Assembly: GCA_001189075.1 (NCBI GenBank)
Contig: LFCN01000006.1
Coordinates: 321,746-385,745, forward strand
DNA length: 64,000 nt
Direction of reading: 5' to 3'
Origin: Parcubacteria bacterium C7867-004
GTDB taxonomy: Bacteria; Patescibacteriota; Minisyncoccia; Phycocordibacterales; Phycocordibacteraceae
This document shows positions 1 to 11,501 of this stretch, in pieces (position 1 is the first letter of the stretch; each line of letters begins with the position of its first letter). The notes under the pieces are model-generated. The model was not told where the DNA came from, ran no database searches, and saw only the letters and a list, made by a program, of their open reading frames with translations. Both the position numbers and the translations under genes were made by a program.

Positions 1-489
1 ACAGCATTAAAAGAAAAACAGGGTGGGGCAAAAGAACGAGCCAAAGCATTACGAGAAAATGTATTAATTACAGCAGAACAGCTTCTCGGTGCTATTTCTG
101 AACGCGACAGGCTTCTCTTACTTATTGGATTGTACTGGGGAGAAGGTACCAAGCGGGATTTCTCCATAATAAATTCTGACCCAATGCTTCTTAAAACCTT
201 CCTTCAGTCCTTATCCGCACTCAATGTAGCAAAGGACAGAATATCGTTGTCCTTGCGCATCCATAACGATATTTCAGTCTTGGAGGCAAAGGTATTTTGG
301 TCAGATACACTGGAATTTCCGGTAGAAACGATCAATAGAATTGAGATAATTGAAGGTAAGAAGAAAGGAAAGTTGCCGCACGGAATGTGTCGTATACGCA
401 TACGATCCGGCATTCGTGAACGGCTACTCATTCAGAGTGCCATAAGGATTATTGGAAAAAGTAGCCAGAAGAAGCTACTATCCATCTAG
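1..489 (+). CDS. 5'-truncated putative LAGLIDADG-like endonuclease/DNA-binding protein (CPR LYWGEG family)
   Basis: Frame is open from base 1 (TALKEKQGG...LLIGLYWGEGTKRDFSIINSDP); LAGLIDADG-like helix motif; visibly AT-rich; ends 21 nt before tRNA-Arg. Confidence 0.55.
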   Translation, partial: TALKEKQGGAKERAKALRENVLITAEQLLGAISERDRLLLLIGLYWGEGTKRDFSIINSDPMLLKTFLQSLSALNVAKDRISLSLRIHNDISVLEAKVFWSDTLEFPVETINRIEIIEGKKKGKLPHGMCRIRIRSGIRERLLIQSAIRIIGKSSQKKLLSI

Positions 490-510
490 CCTCCTCAGGG
501 AGGTATTCTC

Positions 511-582
511 GCTCTCGTAGTTCAATGGATAGAATAGAGGTTTCCTAAACCTTCGATTCAGGTTCGACTCCTGACGAGAGCA
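511..582 (+). tRNA. tRNA-Arg(CCT)
   Basis: Acceptor GCTCTCG/CGAGAGC, anticodon arm GAGGT-TTCCTAA-ACCTT, T-loop TTCGACT. Confidence 0.95.
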
Positions 583-610
583 CAACTTTAAATGCTATAA
601 TCCAAGAATC

Positions 611-949
611 ATGCCGCAACCGTTCGTAGCCGAAAAGGGGCCGTTACCTTCTGAGACGGTTGCGCCGCAGGGACACTTGCAGGCCCTTCTCGAGGAGAAT
701 CTTGCCGTAGCGAAGGATAATAATCGGCTCCTGCGTCTCATACGCAGGGATGCGATGCTCAACCTGATAGCGAAGATCGTCATCTGGATGATCCTGCTCG
801 GCGTGCCGCTCTTCTTCCTCGGAACGTACATCGGACCGCTTCTGGACGCATTCTCATCCGCCACCTCAGGACAATCTACTCCTGGATCCCTACCGTCGAA
901 GGACCAGCTGAATACTCTTTTGGAGGAATATAAGAGCGTATATCAGTAG
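611..949 (+). CDS. small single-pass membrane protein, hypothetical
   Basis: 112 aa with one hydrophobic segment; TGcTATAAT 9 nt upstream of the ATG. Confidence 0.75.
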   Translation: MPQPFVAEKGPLPSETVAPQGHLQALLEENLAVAKDNNRLLRLIRRDAMLNLIAKIVIWMILLGVPLFFLGTYIGPLLDAFSSATSGQSTPGSLPSKDQLNTLLEEYKSVYQ

Positions 950-1016
950 GGTTTGGGGAGGTGAAAAGCAGGGGGCGGTGTGCTAGAATCGGGGCACCGG
1001 AACCATACGGTACTAC

Positions 1017-1089
1017 GCTTGAGTAGCTCAGTTGGTAGAGCGCGCCCCTGAAGAGGGTGAGGTCACCAGTTCGACCCTGGTCTCAAGCA
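1017..1089 (+). tRNA. tRNA-Phe(GAA)
   Basis: Acceptor GCTTGAG/CTCAAGC, anticodon arm CGCCC-CTGAAGA-GGGTG. Confidence 0.95.
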
Positions 1090-1135
1090 CATCGAAGAAG
1101 TCCGCATACGCGGCAACGGGCGGTATAGTTACAAT

Positions 1136-2215
1136 ATGTTCAAGAAGGGACTGGCGTGGCTTCAGCGGAACGAACGGCACCTCGGTGCCATTGTTTTCGT
1201 TGCTGGATTCGTTACCGACATCCTCACCTTCACATTGCTCGATATCTCTCTCGTGAACCTGGTGTTCGCGGGCTATCTCGCGCTTGCCGCAGTCTGCATT
1301 CTCGTCTCGCATTTCCTGGTCTCGCTTCCGGGACAGGGATCGGTAACAAGACGTACGCTTGCGGTCATCCTTCCGCTCGCGGCGCAGTATCTCCTCGGTA
1401 ACCTTCTCTCCGGGTTCCTTATCTTCTATACCAAAAGCTCGGTACTGCTGGTCTCCTGGCCATTCATCGTGCTCCTCCTGCTTGTCTTCATCGGTAACGA
1501 ATGGTTCAGGAAGTATCGCGACCGTATCGCGTTCTTCGCGGTGCTCTTCTTCTTCTCGCTTTACGCGTATGCGATATTCGCATTGCCGCTTTTCATCCGA
1601 ATGCTCGGTCCGTGGGTATTCATTGGTAGCACCGTTATTTCAGCCGGACTATTCGCACTATTCCTATTCCTGCTTTGGAAGACGGGACGGGCCCGTCTTG
1701 AGCAGTCCCTCATGCCCATAATAGGCTCCACGCTCGCGATCCTCATCGTTATGGTAGCGTCGTACTTCACTGGTCTCGTGCCGCCTATACCGATAACGCT
1801 TAAGGACGGAGGTATCTATCACGGCATCGAGCGGAGCGGAGGAAACTACGTGCTTCTTGCGGAAGACCCGAAGCCGTTCTGGGACATTCGCTCGCCACGG
1901 GTCCACGTCGCGTCCGGAGAGACGGTGTACGCGTTCGCTTCAGTCTTCGCGCCGATACGCTTCTCAACCTCGGTAGTGCACCGCTGGGACCAGTATGATG
2001 AGCGTCAGAAGCGCTGGGTGACGCTCAGTCGGACATCCTTCCCGATAGCAGGAGGCCGTGCAGAAGGGTACCGAGGGTACTCGCAGGCAACCGATCTTGA
2101 ACCGGGTCGGTGGAGGGTTTCGGTTGAGACTCCCGGCGGACAAGTGATTGGCCAGCTTCGGTTCGAAGTTGAGCGGGTTGATGCCCTCCCCGATCTCCAC
2201 AAAGAGATACGATAA
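1136..2215 (+). CDS. multi-pass membrane protein with C-terminal DUF2914-like domain
   Basis: About 7 TM segments, then GGRAEGYRGYS and PGRWRVSVET motifs. Confidence 0.8.
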   Translation: MFKKGLAWLQRNERHLGAIVFVAGFVTDILTFTLLDISLVNLVFAGYLALAAVCILVSHFLVSLPGQGSVTRRTLAVILPLAAQYLLGNLLSGFLIFYTKSSVLLVSWPFIVLLLLVFIGNEWFRKYRDRIAFFAVLFFFSLYAYAIFALPLFIRMLGPWVFIGSTVISAGLFALFLFLLWKTGRARLEQSLMPIIGSTLAILIVMVASYFTGLVPPIPITLKDGGIYHGIERSGGNYVLLAEDPKPFWDIRSPRVHVASGETVYAFASVFAPIRFSTSVVHRWDQYDERQKRWVTLSRTSFPIAGGRAEGYRGYSQATDLEPGRWRVSVETPGGQVIGQLRFEVERVDALPDLHKEIR

Positions 2216-2218
2216 GCA

Positions 2219-2240
2219 AAAAGGCCCTCTCGGGCCTTTT
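2219..2240. terminator. bidirectional intrinsic terminator
   Basis: AAAAGGCCC-TCTC-GGGCCTTTT between convergent genes. Confidence 0.75.
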
Positions 2241-2250
2241 GGTTTTACGC

Positions 2251-2766
2251 TTACCCTGCCTTAACGCGAAGCTTCGTCTGCCGTGCCTTATCGAGCTTCG
2301 GAAGGATGATCGAAAGGAGTCCGTCTTTTGCTCCTGCGGATGAGTTGTCGACATCTACTTCCTGAGGAAGGAGAATCGTGCGGGAAAAGGAGCCCCAGAA
2401 GAGCTCACGGGTGAAGTAGTCGGAATCGCTCACCGAATCACGCTCATCGCGGGATCCTTCGATGACCACCATGTCGCGGCTTATGGAAACATTGAGCTCG
2501 TCAGGACGGACACCGGCGACGAATGCGCGGATAACGATCTCGCCCGGCGTCTGATAGACGTCTACCGGAAGCTGGCCGTCGCTCTGATCATCCTCGACGG
2601 TGTCGAGGATGCTGCGCGCTGAAGCGGATGACTGCACAACTGTCTGCTGGCGGACCGGAGCCTGCATTCCTCCTTGCATCGGCAGGAGCTCGTCGTCGAA
2701 GGAATCGTACCGATCATCAATCGGTGCGACGCCTGCAAGCTTGTCGAAGAAATTACGTTTTTTCAT
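2251..2766 (-). CDS. Hsp20/alpha-crystallin small heat shock protein
   Basis: VDVYQT..VAGV..ELFWGSFSRTILLP..DGLLSIILPK. Confidence 0.9.
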   Translation of the reverse strand: MKKRNFFDKLAGVAPIDDRYDSFDDELLPMQGGMQAPVRQQTVVQSSASARSILDTVEDDQSDGQLPVDVYQTPGEIVIRAFVAGVRPDELNVSISRDMVVIEGSRDERDSVSDSDYFTRELFWGSFSRTILLPQEVDVDNSSAGAKDGLLSIILPKLDKARQTKLRVKAG

Positions 2767-2778
2767 GAATAGGAAGGA

Positions 2779-3486
2779 TCAGCAGGTGTTTTTTGGTAAG
2801 CGATGATAGCGGAGATACTTAAGTACTTCGAAGAGTGCGAAGAAGATAACGGCACCGCTCCATACGATGAAGAAAGCGATGAGCGTATAGGAACCGCTAC
2901 CGTCAATTATAAGGAAGTTGAAAAGGGCGTGCAATGAGATGGCAAGGATAAGTCCGACTACTGCGTATGCCGTTCGTATCGGGCGCTTCATGAGGAAGGA
3001 GAAACCGAGTGCGAATCCTATAGCGGACGATGCGATGACGTGCAGGAGGGTCGAACCGATGAAGCGCAGGTTGCCGGTAAGGAATCCCTCGAGGAAGTGA
3101 CCGCCGGAGAATGGGGAGATGAGGAAGAGCGCGTTCTCAAGCGCTGCGAACCCGAGTGCTACCGTCATCATGTAGATAACGAGGTCTACCGATTCGTTTA
3201 CGGCAGGCCGCCAGAGCACGAGAATGGCGGCTAGCACGTATTTCGCGGTCTCTTCGATAGTCGCCCACGCGACAATAACGGGAAGGCCTGCAGGTAGGAA
3301 GAGGACCGCGATACGCTCAAGCGGAAGGACGAGCGATACGGCAAGCATGCCGGCCAGGAGCGCGAGCATAACCATGGTGCGGGGCTCAGGGCAGCGAGTG
3401 TCCTCCTTGATGAGGAAATAGAGCCAGACGAGAGCGGGGAGGATGCCGCCGAGGAAGGCAAAGAGTGCGGTCTCGAGGGAGATCAT
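2779..3486 (-). CDS. prsW: PrsW family intramembrane metalloprotease
   Basis: IEETAKY, GFAALEN, LLH and LHALFN motifs; start placed at MISLE, 6 nt after TATACT. Confidence 0.85.
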   Translation of the reverse strand: MISLETALFAFLGGILPALVWLYFLIKEDTRCPEPRTMVMLALLAGMLAVSLVLPLERIAVLFLPAGLPVIVAWATIEETAKYVLAAILVLWRPAVNESVDLVIYMMTVALGFAALENALFLISPFSGGHFLEGFLTGNLRFIGSTLLHVIASSAIGFALGFSFLMKRPIRTAYAVVGLILAISLHALFNFLIIDGSGSYTLIAFFIVWSGAVIFFALFEVLKYLRYHRLPKNTC

Positions 3487-3546
3487 GCGCTCAGTATACA
3501 ACGCCCGAGTTGTGTCCTGGTTGGGGTATATGACGAAATAGATCGC

Positions 3547-5679
3547 CTACGCCTTCGTCGAAGGCCACTTGGTAACCATGAGAAGTCCCTGATTCGGCAT
3601 GAGACTCGCCCAGATCTCTTCGGTAACGAACGGCATGAAGGGATGGAGGAGCTTGAGGACATCAGCTAGTAGGGAGCGGAGGAGGTTCTGGCGGGAGGCA
3701 CGAGCTGCTGCATCGCTTCCGGTGAGGATTGGCTTTGAGGTCTCGAGGATATCGTCAGCGAGGCGATGCCAGGCGTAGTGGTAAATCTTCTCGGCAGCGA
3801 GGTAGACACGGTACTCTTCGAGGTCTTTTGTAACGTCAGCAATAAGCGCATCAAGCTCGGCACGGAGTTCCTGATCAACTGAAGTGAGCGGTACTGAGAG
3901 ATCCGCTCCTTCGGTCTCTGTAAGGACGAAGCGGGAGATGTTCCAGAGCTTGTTCGCGAAGTTCTTGTAGCCCTTTATTTTGTCCTCGCGCAGCGCTAGG
4001 TCGGTGCCGGGCGTGTTGCCCACGATAAGACCCATGCGGAGCGCATCGGTGCCAAACTTGTCAGTAAGGTCGAGCGGATTGATGACGTTGCCTTTGGACT
4101 TCGACATCTTTTTTCCATTTGCGTCGTTCACGAGGCCGTGTAGATAGATGGTATGGAATGGCGTCTTCTTTCCGAGATACAGCCCGAAGATGATCATGCG
4201 GGGAATCCACTTGAATACGAGGTCGTATCCGCTCTCCATGACGTCAGTCGGGTAATGGGTGGCATCCTTTCCGTCAGGGAATCCGGTAGTAATAAGCGGC
4301 CACTGGCCTGACGAGAACCAGGTATCAAAGGTGTCGGTATCTTTTTCCCATCCATCGCCGGAAGGCTTCTGAAGGCTCGCAACGATCTCCTCGGTATCGG
4401 TATTCCGATTCCGGAACCAGGCTGGAATCTGGATGCCCCACACAATCTGACGGGAGATGTTCCAGTCGAGAGCGTTCTCCATCCAGTAGCGGAATACTTT
4501 TTCCTGGTATTCGGGAATAAATGTCAGTTCCTTGCGGTCCGCTGCATCAAGCGCCATCTTCGCAAGCGGCGCCATAGTAACGAACCACTGATCCTTTATC
4601 TGCGGCTCGATCATCGTTGCGCACTTGTAGCAGCGCTTAACCACGTTCGTGTACTTCTCATCGGTCGACACAACGAGACCTTTGCTCGCGAGCTTCTCGA
4701 CGATCTTCGCTCGGGCTTCCGTAATCTTCATGCCCTCGAACTCTCCGGCGATTGGGAGGAGCTTGCCGCGCCAATCGATGATCTGCTCCATATCGAGTCC
4801 GTGGCGCTTCGCGATCTCGAAGTCGATCTGGCTGTGCCAGGGGGTGATGGTCATCACGCCGGTACCAAAGTCCATCTCGACCGCCTCATCCTTGATGATG
4901 GTCGCTTCGATCGGGCCGTTGATCCATTCGACCGTGAGTTTGTCGCCATGCTTGTATTCGGCATACCGTGCATCGTCCGGGTGCATCACGACATACTTGT
5001 CGCCGAACTTGGTCTCAGGACGCACGGTGCCGATATCAAAGGGTCCGTACTTGAAGGTGTAGAAGGGAGTGGTCTCTTCAACGCTCTCGGTCTCGACGTC
5101 CGATAGGGAAGTCTGATGCTTCGGGCACCAGTTCACCGTCCGCTTGCCGCGGTATACGAGTCCGTCGTCATGCATCTTCACGAATGTCTGCTGAACGCGC
5201 TCGATGACGTCGGGATCAAGGGTGAACTTCTCGCGGGACCAATCGCAGGAGGCGCCGAGCGCGCGGACCTGGCCCTCCATGTTCTTCTTGTTCATGAGGG
5301 TGAACGCAAGTATCTCCCCATAGAGATCCTTCGGGTCCATTGAGAAGCGGGAACGCCCCTCTTTCTCGAGCTTCTTCTCATACACCACCTGGGTCTCGAA
5401 ACCCGCGTGGTCAGCACCCGGGATCCAGAGCGCGCGATATCCCTGCATGCGACGGAAGCGCGTGAAGAGGTCCTCAAGCGCGATAAACAGCGCGTGGCCG
5501 GCGTGCAGGTTGCCGTTAGCGTTCGGGGGCGGCATGACGATAGTGAAGGGTTTCCCGTTGTGCGCGAGGAGCTCCTCCGGTAGGTTGTCCGGGTTGAAAT
5601 AGCCGCTCTTCTCCCAAGCCTCATAGATGCGAGACTCGGTGTGAGCGGGTTCGTAGGGACCGAGGAATTTATCGTCCAT
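3547..5679 (-). CDS. valS: valine--tRNA ligase (short form without C-terminal coiled coil)
   Basis: PPPNANGNLHAGHA, DHAG, DWNISRQIVWG, DTWFSS, KMSKS. Confidence 0.95.
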   Translation of the reverse strand: MDDKFLGPYEPAHTESRIYEAWEKSGYFNPDNLPEELLAHNGKPFTIVMPPPNANGNLHAGHALFIALEDLFTRFRRMQGYRALWIPGADHAGFETQVVYEKKLEKEGRSRFSMDPKDLYGEILAFTLMNKKNMEGQVRALGASCDWSREKFTLDPDVIERVQQTFVKMHDDGLVYRGKRTVNWCPKHQTSLSDVETESVEETTPFYTFKYGPFDIGTVRPETKFGDKYVVMHPDDARYAEYKHGDKLTVEWINGPIEATIIKDEAVEMDFGTGVMTITPWHSQIDFEIAKRHGLDMEQIIDWRGKLLPIAGEFEGMKITEARAKIVEKLASKGLVVSTDEKYTNVVKRCYKCATMIEPQIKDQWFVTMAPLAKMALDAADRKELTFIPEYQEKVFRYWMENALDWNISRQIVWGIQIPAWFRNRNTDTEEIVASLQKPSGDGWEKDTDTFDTWFSSGQWPLITTGFPDGKDATHYPTDVMESGYDLVFKWIPRMIIFGLYLGKKTPFHTIYLHGLVNDANGKKMSKSKGNVINPLDLTDKFGTDALRMGLIVGNTPGTDLALREDKIKGYKNFANKLWNISRFVLTETEGADLSVPLTSVDQELRAELDALIADVTKDLEEYRVYLAAEKIYHYAWHRLADDILETSKPILTGSDAAARASRQNLLRSLLADVLKLLHPFMPFVTEEIWASLMPNQGLLMVTKWPSTKA

Positions 5680-5728
5680 TATGAAGAGAATATAGCAGAG
5701 ATTATGTCTTCAGGGCACCTGCTGACGA

Positions 5729-5756
5729 TTGACAGTCGAAGTCTCCGTGGTAAGGT
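5729..5756 (+). promoter_or_regulatory. sigma70-like promoter of orphan gene
   Basis: TTGACA-N16-TAAGGT with extended TG. Confidence 0.5.
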
Positions 5757-5784
5757 CCGCGTGGAGTTTCGAAAGGTATAACCG

Positions 5785-6321
5785 ATGACAAAACGGATCG
5801 ACTGGACCAGGGTATATCGCTCCGGTATCACTGCCTTTGGGGGAGAGCTAGAGAAAGCGGGAATCCTATCGTCGCCTCAAGCGGGTGCGCACAGTTTCCT
5901 CAAGGTCGCCTCGATCGTCAGGATTGAGCGGCCGTTTCCGCCAAATGAGGAAGATGTCATACCGAAGGGCGGGCGTCTCGGCGTGGGTACGCGCGAACTC
6001 ATCGAGGGCGCGCCGTTCAACGACCAGACGGTGGCGTACCTCGCGATCTTGCAGCTGACGACCAGGTCGTCTCCTGCGCGCTATCTCCCCGAGATCGCGG
6101 CCTTTCCTGACGTGGCGCCGTGGATGCTCCAGCACATCCTCACGCCCGATAAAGACCATAGGAACTACCTCCGTCAGCAAGCCACCAGCTGCGTGATCAA
6201 CGGCACAGAGCTCTGGATGCGAAAGGTCGGCGTGGGGACATGGGAGATCGAAGAGCCGCGTCCGCACTTCTCAAGAAGCGAAGGCGGACTCGTGATCGTT
6301 CCGATCGCGTTCCCGATCTGA
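5785..6321 (+). CDS. hypothetical orphan protein
   Basis: 178 aa ORF with its own promoter, AAGG SD-like element and terminator. Confidence 0.65.
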   Translation: MTKRIDWTRVYRSGITAFGGELEKAGILSSPQAGAHSFLKVASIVRIERPFPPNEEDVIPKGGRLGVGTRELIEGAPFNDQTVAYLAILQLTTRSSPARYLPEIAAFPDVAPWMLQHILTPDKDHRNYLRQQATSCVINGTELWMRKVGVGTWEIEEPRPHFSRSEGGLVIVPIAFPI

Positions 6322-6325
6322 GATG

Positions 6326-6356
6326 AGTCCGCGGAAGGGATTTCCGCGGGCTTTTT
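6326..6356 (+). terminator. intrinsic terminator
   Basis: AGTCCGCGGAA...TTCCGCGGGCT followed by a T-tract. Confidence 0.8.
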
Positions 6357-6488
6357 ATATGTCATCTCAATGATTCCATTGCCAATTCTTATTTATATTA
6401 TACAATGATTCGGGATACCGTACACCGCTTCGGTTGGGCAACAAGCGGAAGAGGTCTTTCCATAACGCACATCCATCTGTGAGTAACG

Positions 6489-6995
6489 ATGATGCACACC
6501 AGTCATGGAGAGCCGCCGTCGCGTCATCTTCTGGTGATGCACGGCATACTGGTCCGAGTAACGACGGGCGATCAACTGCATCCGCTGACGTTTTTCGAGA
6601 ACCCTGCGTTCTCGTGCGCTGACGCATTCTGGGAGGCACTTGCTCGTTCGGCTCCTCGACCCGGTTTTACGCCCGGAACACCGCACCAGTTTGGCCACGA
6701 GCATTTGAAAAAGCGTTTCCAAGGAGACGCGGTTTCACCGCTCATTCCGCCATCGTGGACCTTGATGAACTTCTGGCACCTCGCCGAGCTCTTGAAACCC
6801 GCGTATACACGGGCACTTCATGAGCAGGAAGATCATTTGCTACCCTTCGGAAATCGGATAATCTGCCCGACCGACGCTGGTTTGGTTCAGATGAGCCATG
6901 TAGAAACGTGGCGCATGGATATGGTCGCCGAGGGGAAGCTCGACTTCCCGGCCCATACGCACCTGGTCGGACTCATCAACAAAGACATCCATTGA
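6489..6995 (+). CDS. hypothetical orphan protein
   Basis: 168 aa ORF downstream of a TTGCCA-N16-TACAAT promoter. Confidence 0.6.
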   Translation: MMHTSHGEPPSRHLLVMHGILVRVTTGDQLHPLTFFENPAFSCADAFWEALARSAPRPGFTPGTPHQFGHEHLKKRFQGDAVSPLIPPSWTLMNFWHLAELLKPAYTRALHEQEDHLLPFGNRIICPTDAGLVQMSHVETWRMDMVAEGKLDFPAHTHLVGLINKDIH

Positions 6996-7010
6996 TTGCA
7001 AGGAGTTGCA

Positions 7011-7166
7011 ATGACGTTCAAATCGCTACCGTCACCCGATCCTCCGTTGACGGAGGGGCCGGGGCATCTCTGGGGAGTGCCGATGCCGCTGACTCCGCGC
7101 GGAGAAGAGGGCCCGCACTATCAGATGCCCGCCTTCAAGAAAGCCAAACGTCGCAAACGGCCCTAA
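7011..7166 (+). CDS. small Pro-rich protein with basic tail (51 aa, not in ORF track)
   Basis: AGGAG at 7001-7005; MTFKSLPSPDPP...AFKKAKRRKRP*; terminator follows. Confidence 0.5.
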   Translation: MTFKSLPSPDPPLTEGPGHLWGVPMPLTPRGEEGPHYQMPAFKKAKRRKRP

Positions 7167-7174
7167 GGGGTCCT

Positions 7175-7207
7175 GTCCGCGGAAGCGATTCCGCGGACTT
7201 TTCTTTT
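7175..7207 (+). terminator. intrinsic terminator
   Basis: GTCCGCGGAA-GCGA-TTCCGCGGAC followed by TTTTCTTTT. Confidence 0.8.
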
Positions 7208-8378
7208 ATGTAAGTGCGAGGTTCCCGTTTGCTATCATCGTTTGGGAATTGGCGAAGTCATTGTGAAGCGCGCGATAGTAGCCAGCGATGGCGATCATGA
7301 TCGCGTTATCAGTCGTATACGCCCGATCTGGAAGGAAGAGCGCCACCTCCGGATACTCCTCACTGATCTTCTGTGCGAAATACCGACGAAGATGCGTATT
7401 TGCAGAAACGCCACCACCAAGCGCAAGCGTCTTCGCTCCCGTCTCCTCAAGGGCTCGTGCGGTCTTTTTCCAGAGTACCTCCGCGACCGCGTCCTCGAAC
7501 GCATGCGCAAGCTGCTCCTTCTCAAGCTCAGATACTTCTTTTCCTTTTACGAGATACATGACCGCGGTCTTGAGGCCGGAGAACGAAAAATCACAATGCG
7601 GATCAGTAATCATCGGACGCGGCAGCTTGAATGGATTGGTTCCCGTATCCTCTCGGTTACGTTCGGCAAGCTTTGAAATCTCGGGACCTCCGGGATAGGG
7701 AAGACCGAGCATGCGTGCAACCTTGTCGAAGGCTTCGCCAACCGCGTCGTCACGGGTCTGTCCGATGAGTCGATAGGAAAGCCAGGGGTCCATGGAAACG
7801 AGTTCGGTGTGTCCGCCCGAGATAAGCAGACCGAGCACGGGAAGCCCGATATCTTTTATTACTAGTTCGCCATCAGTTTCTATAACAAGTGAGGAGAGCA
7901 GGTGACCTTCCATATGGTTCACGCCTATGAGCGGCTTGTTCCATGCGAGCGAGAGTGCTTTCGCGAAGTTAACGCCAACCCAAAGGGCAGGCTCGAGGCC
8001 TGGACCATGCGTTACGGCAATCGCATCGATATCCGGAATCTCGCTTTCCTTAAGGAATTCGAGTAATTGTTCTGCGAGCTCGAACTCTCGAGACAGGAGC
8101 TCGCCGAGCGTAGTGGTAAGTTCTTCAGAAAGTGCCTGCGTATCCTCATGCAGAAGTTCTGCTTCCTCAAGCGCAGCACCAAGAATAGGAACGAGATTCT
8201 TCGCGTGCTCGCGCTTAGCCATCATAGGAAAGACCCCGCCGTACTCCTTATGGATATCGATCTGCGAGAGTAGCGCGTTGCCGAGTACGCGGAAGTTAGC
8301 CAGACGCTCGTCACCCGAACACTCCAGTATCGAAATAGCGGTCTCGTCGCACGAGGTCTCAATCGCGAGTATCTTCAT
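7206..8378 (-). CDS. tsaD: tRNA N6-adenosine threonylcarbamoyltransferase
   Basis: ILAIETSCDET, NHMEGH, SGGHT, DDAVGEAFDK, DNAIMIA. Confidence 0.95.
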   Translation of the reverse strand: MKILAIETSCDETAISILECSGDERLANFRVLGNALLSQIDIHKEYGGVFPMMAKREHAKNLVPILGAALEEAELLHEDTQALSEELTTTLGELLSREFELAEQLLEFLKESEIPDIDAIAVTHGPGLEPALWVGVNFAKALSLAWNKPLIGVNHMEGHLLSSLVIETDGELVIKDIGLPVLGLLISGGHTELVSMDPWLSYRLIGQTRDDAVGEAFDKVARMLGLPYPGGPEISKLAERNREDTGTNPFKLPRPMITDPHCDFSFSGLKTAVMYLVKGKEVSELEKEQLAHAFEDAVAEVLWKKTARALEETGAKTLALGGGVSANTHLRRYFAQKISEEYPEVALFLPDRAYTTDNAIMIAIAGYYRALHNDFANSQTMIANGNLALT

Positions 8379-9216
8379 CAGGAAGAGGTGCCCAAGGGAT
8401 AGGGGAGCCGAAAGGAAGAGAGATGCCTGCTGAGCCGGGATGGCCGTTGCCGCCGTACTTCTGAGCTATCTCCGCTACATTGATATCGCCGTTGCTCCTG
8501 AGCGAGATGCGGAGACCGTCCGCGCGTACCTGGGCGATTAAAGCGACGCCGCCGTGCTTGGTGTAGAGGCCGTTACCGACGTCAGACGCGAATATGGACG
8601 GCGCGCTCGCGAGGTAGCAGGTCATTCCCTCAAAGAGGACAGGTTCGGCACGCTCGACGAGGCTGTCGATTATGAGCGTGCGGTATTCGGCATAGGTCGC
8701 GCCCTTCGCAAGGAGCGTCGCGCGCATCTCGGGATTCTCGAGCTCCTCTATAAGCATGTCCCAGTTCTCGTTGGTGAATGGCTTAGTGTACGCATACGCG
8801 AGTACGGTGCGTGCATCAGGCAGTTTCCAACGATAGAGATCGCCGTCTTCAACGTACTTCAGGAACTCAGGAACGGGAACTTCAGGATGGAAATAGGTCC
8901 ACGCGATAGTTGCACCCGAACGGTTCGCATCGAACACATACTCGGGCATCGAGCGCACGACATCCGCAACGCCCTCGTGATGGTCGAGTACGGTAACCGA
9001 CGCGGCTTCAGCGACGATTGCATCCATAACTTCTTTCGTGTAGCAGAAGTCGATGAAGTACACCTTCGCGCCGGCAAGCTCTGTGGCAGGCGGCTTTCCG
9101 TGGGCGAGCGGAAGATACTCGGCAGTGTCCCCAAACTTCTTCCAGGCCGCATACGCACCGCTGAAGCCGTCGGGACAGTTGCCGTGGTACGCGATAACGG
9201 TGCGGTCTCCTTGCAT
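8359..9216 (-). CDS. DHH/DHHA1 family phosphoesterase
   Basis: YHGNCPDG, IDF, LDHH, SLRS, GGNGH; start at MQGD just after the ahcY stop. Confidence 0.85.
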   Translation of the reverse strand: MQGDRTVIAYHGNCPDGFSGAYAAWKKFGDTAEYLPLAHGKPPATELAGAKVYFIDFCYTKEVMDAIVAEAASVTVLDHHEGVADVVRSMPEYVFDANRSGATIAWTYFHPEVPVPEFLKYVEDGDLYRWKLPDARTVLAYAYTKPFTNENWDMLIEELENPEMRATLLAKGATYAEYRTLIIDSLVERAEPVLFEGMTCYLASAPSIFASDVGNGLYTKHGGVALIAQVRADGLRISLRSNGDINVAEIAQKYGGNGHPGSAGISLPFGSPIPWAPLPDEDTRD

Positions 9217-9220
9217 GGAT

Positions 9221-11436
<2,216 letters not shown>

Positions 11437-11501
11437 ATGGCTCACAGAGTAGCATGCGCAGCAGGGTCTCTTCATCAAGTGCGATATACTTACGGTCTTA
11501 T

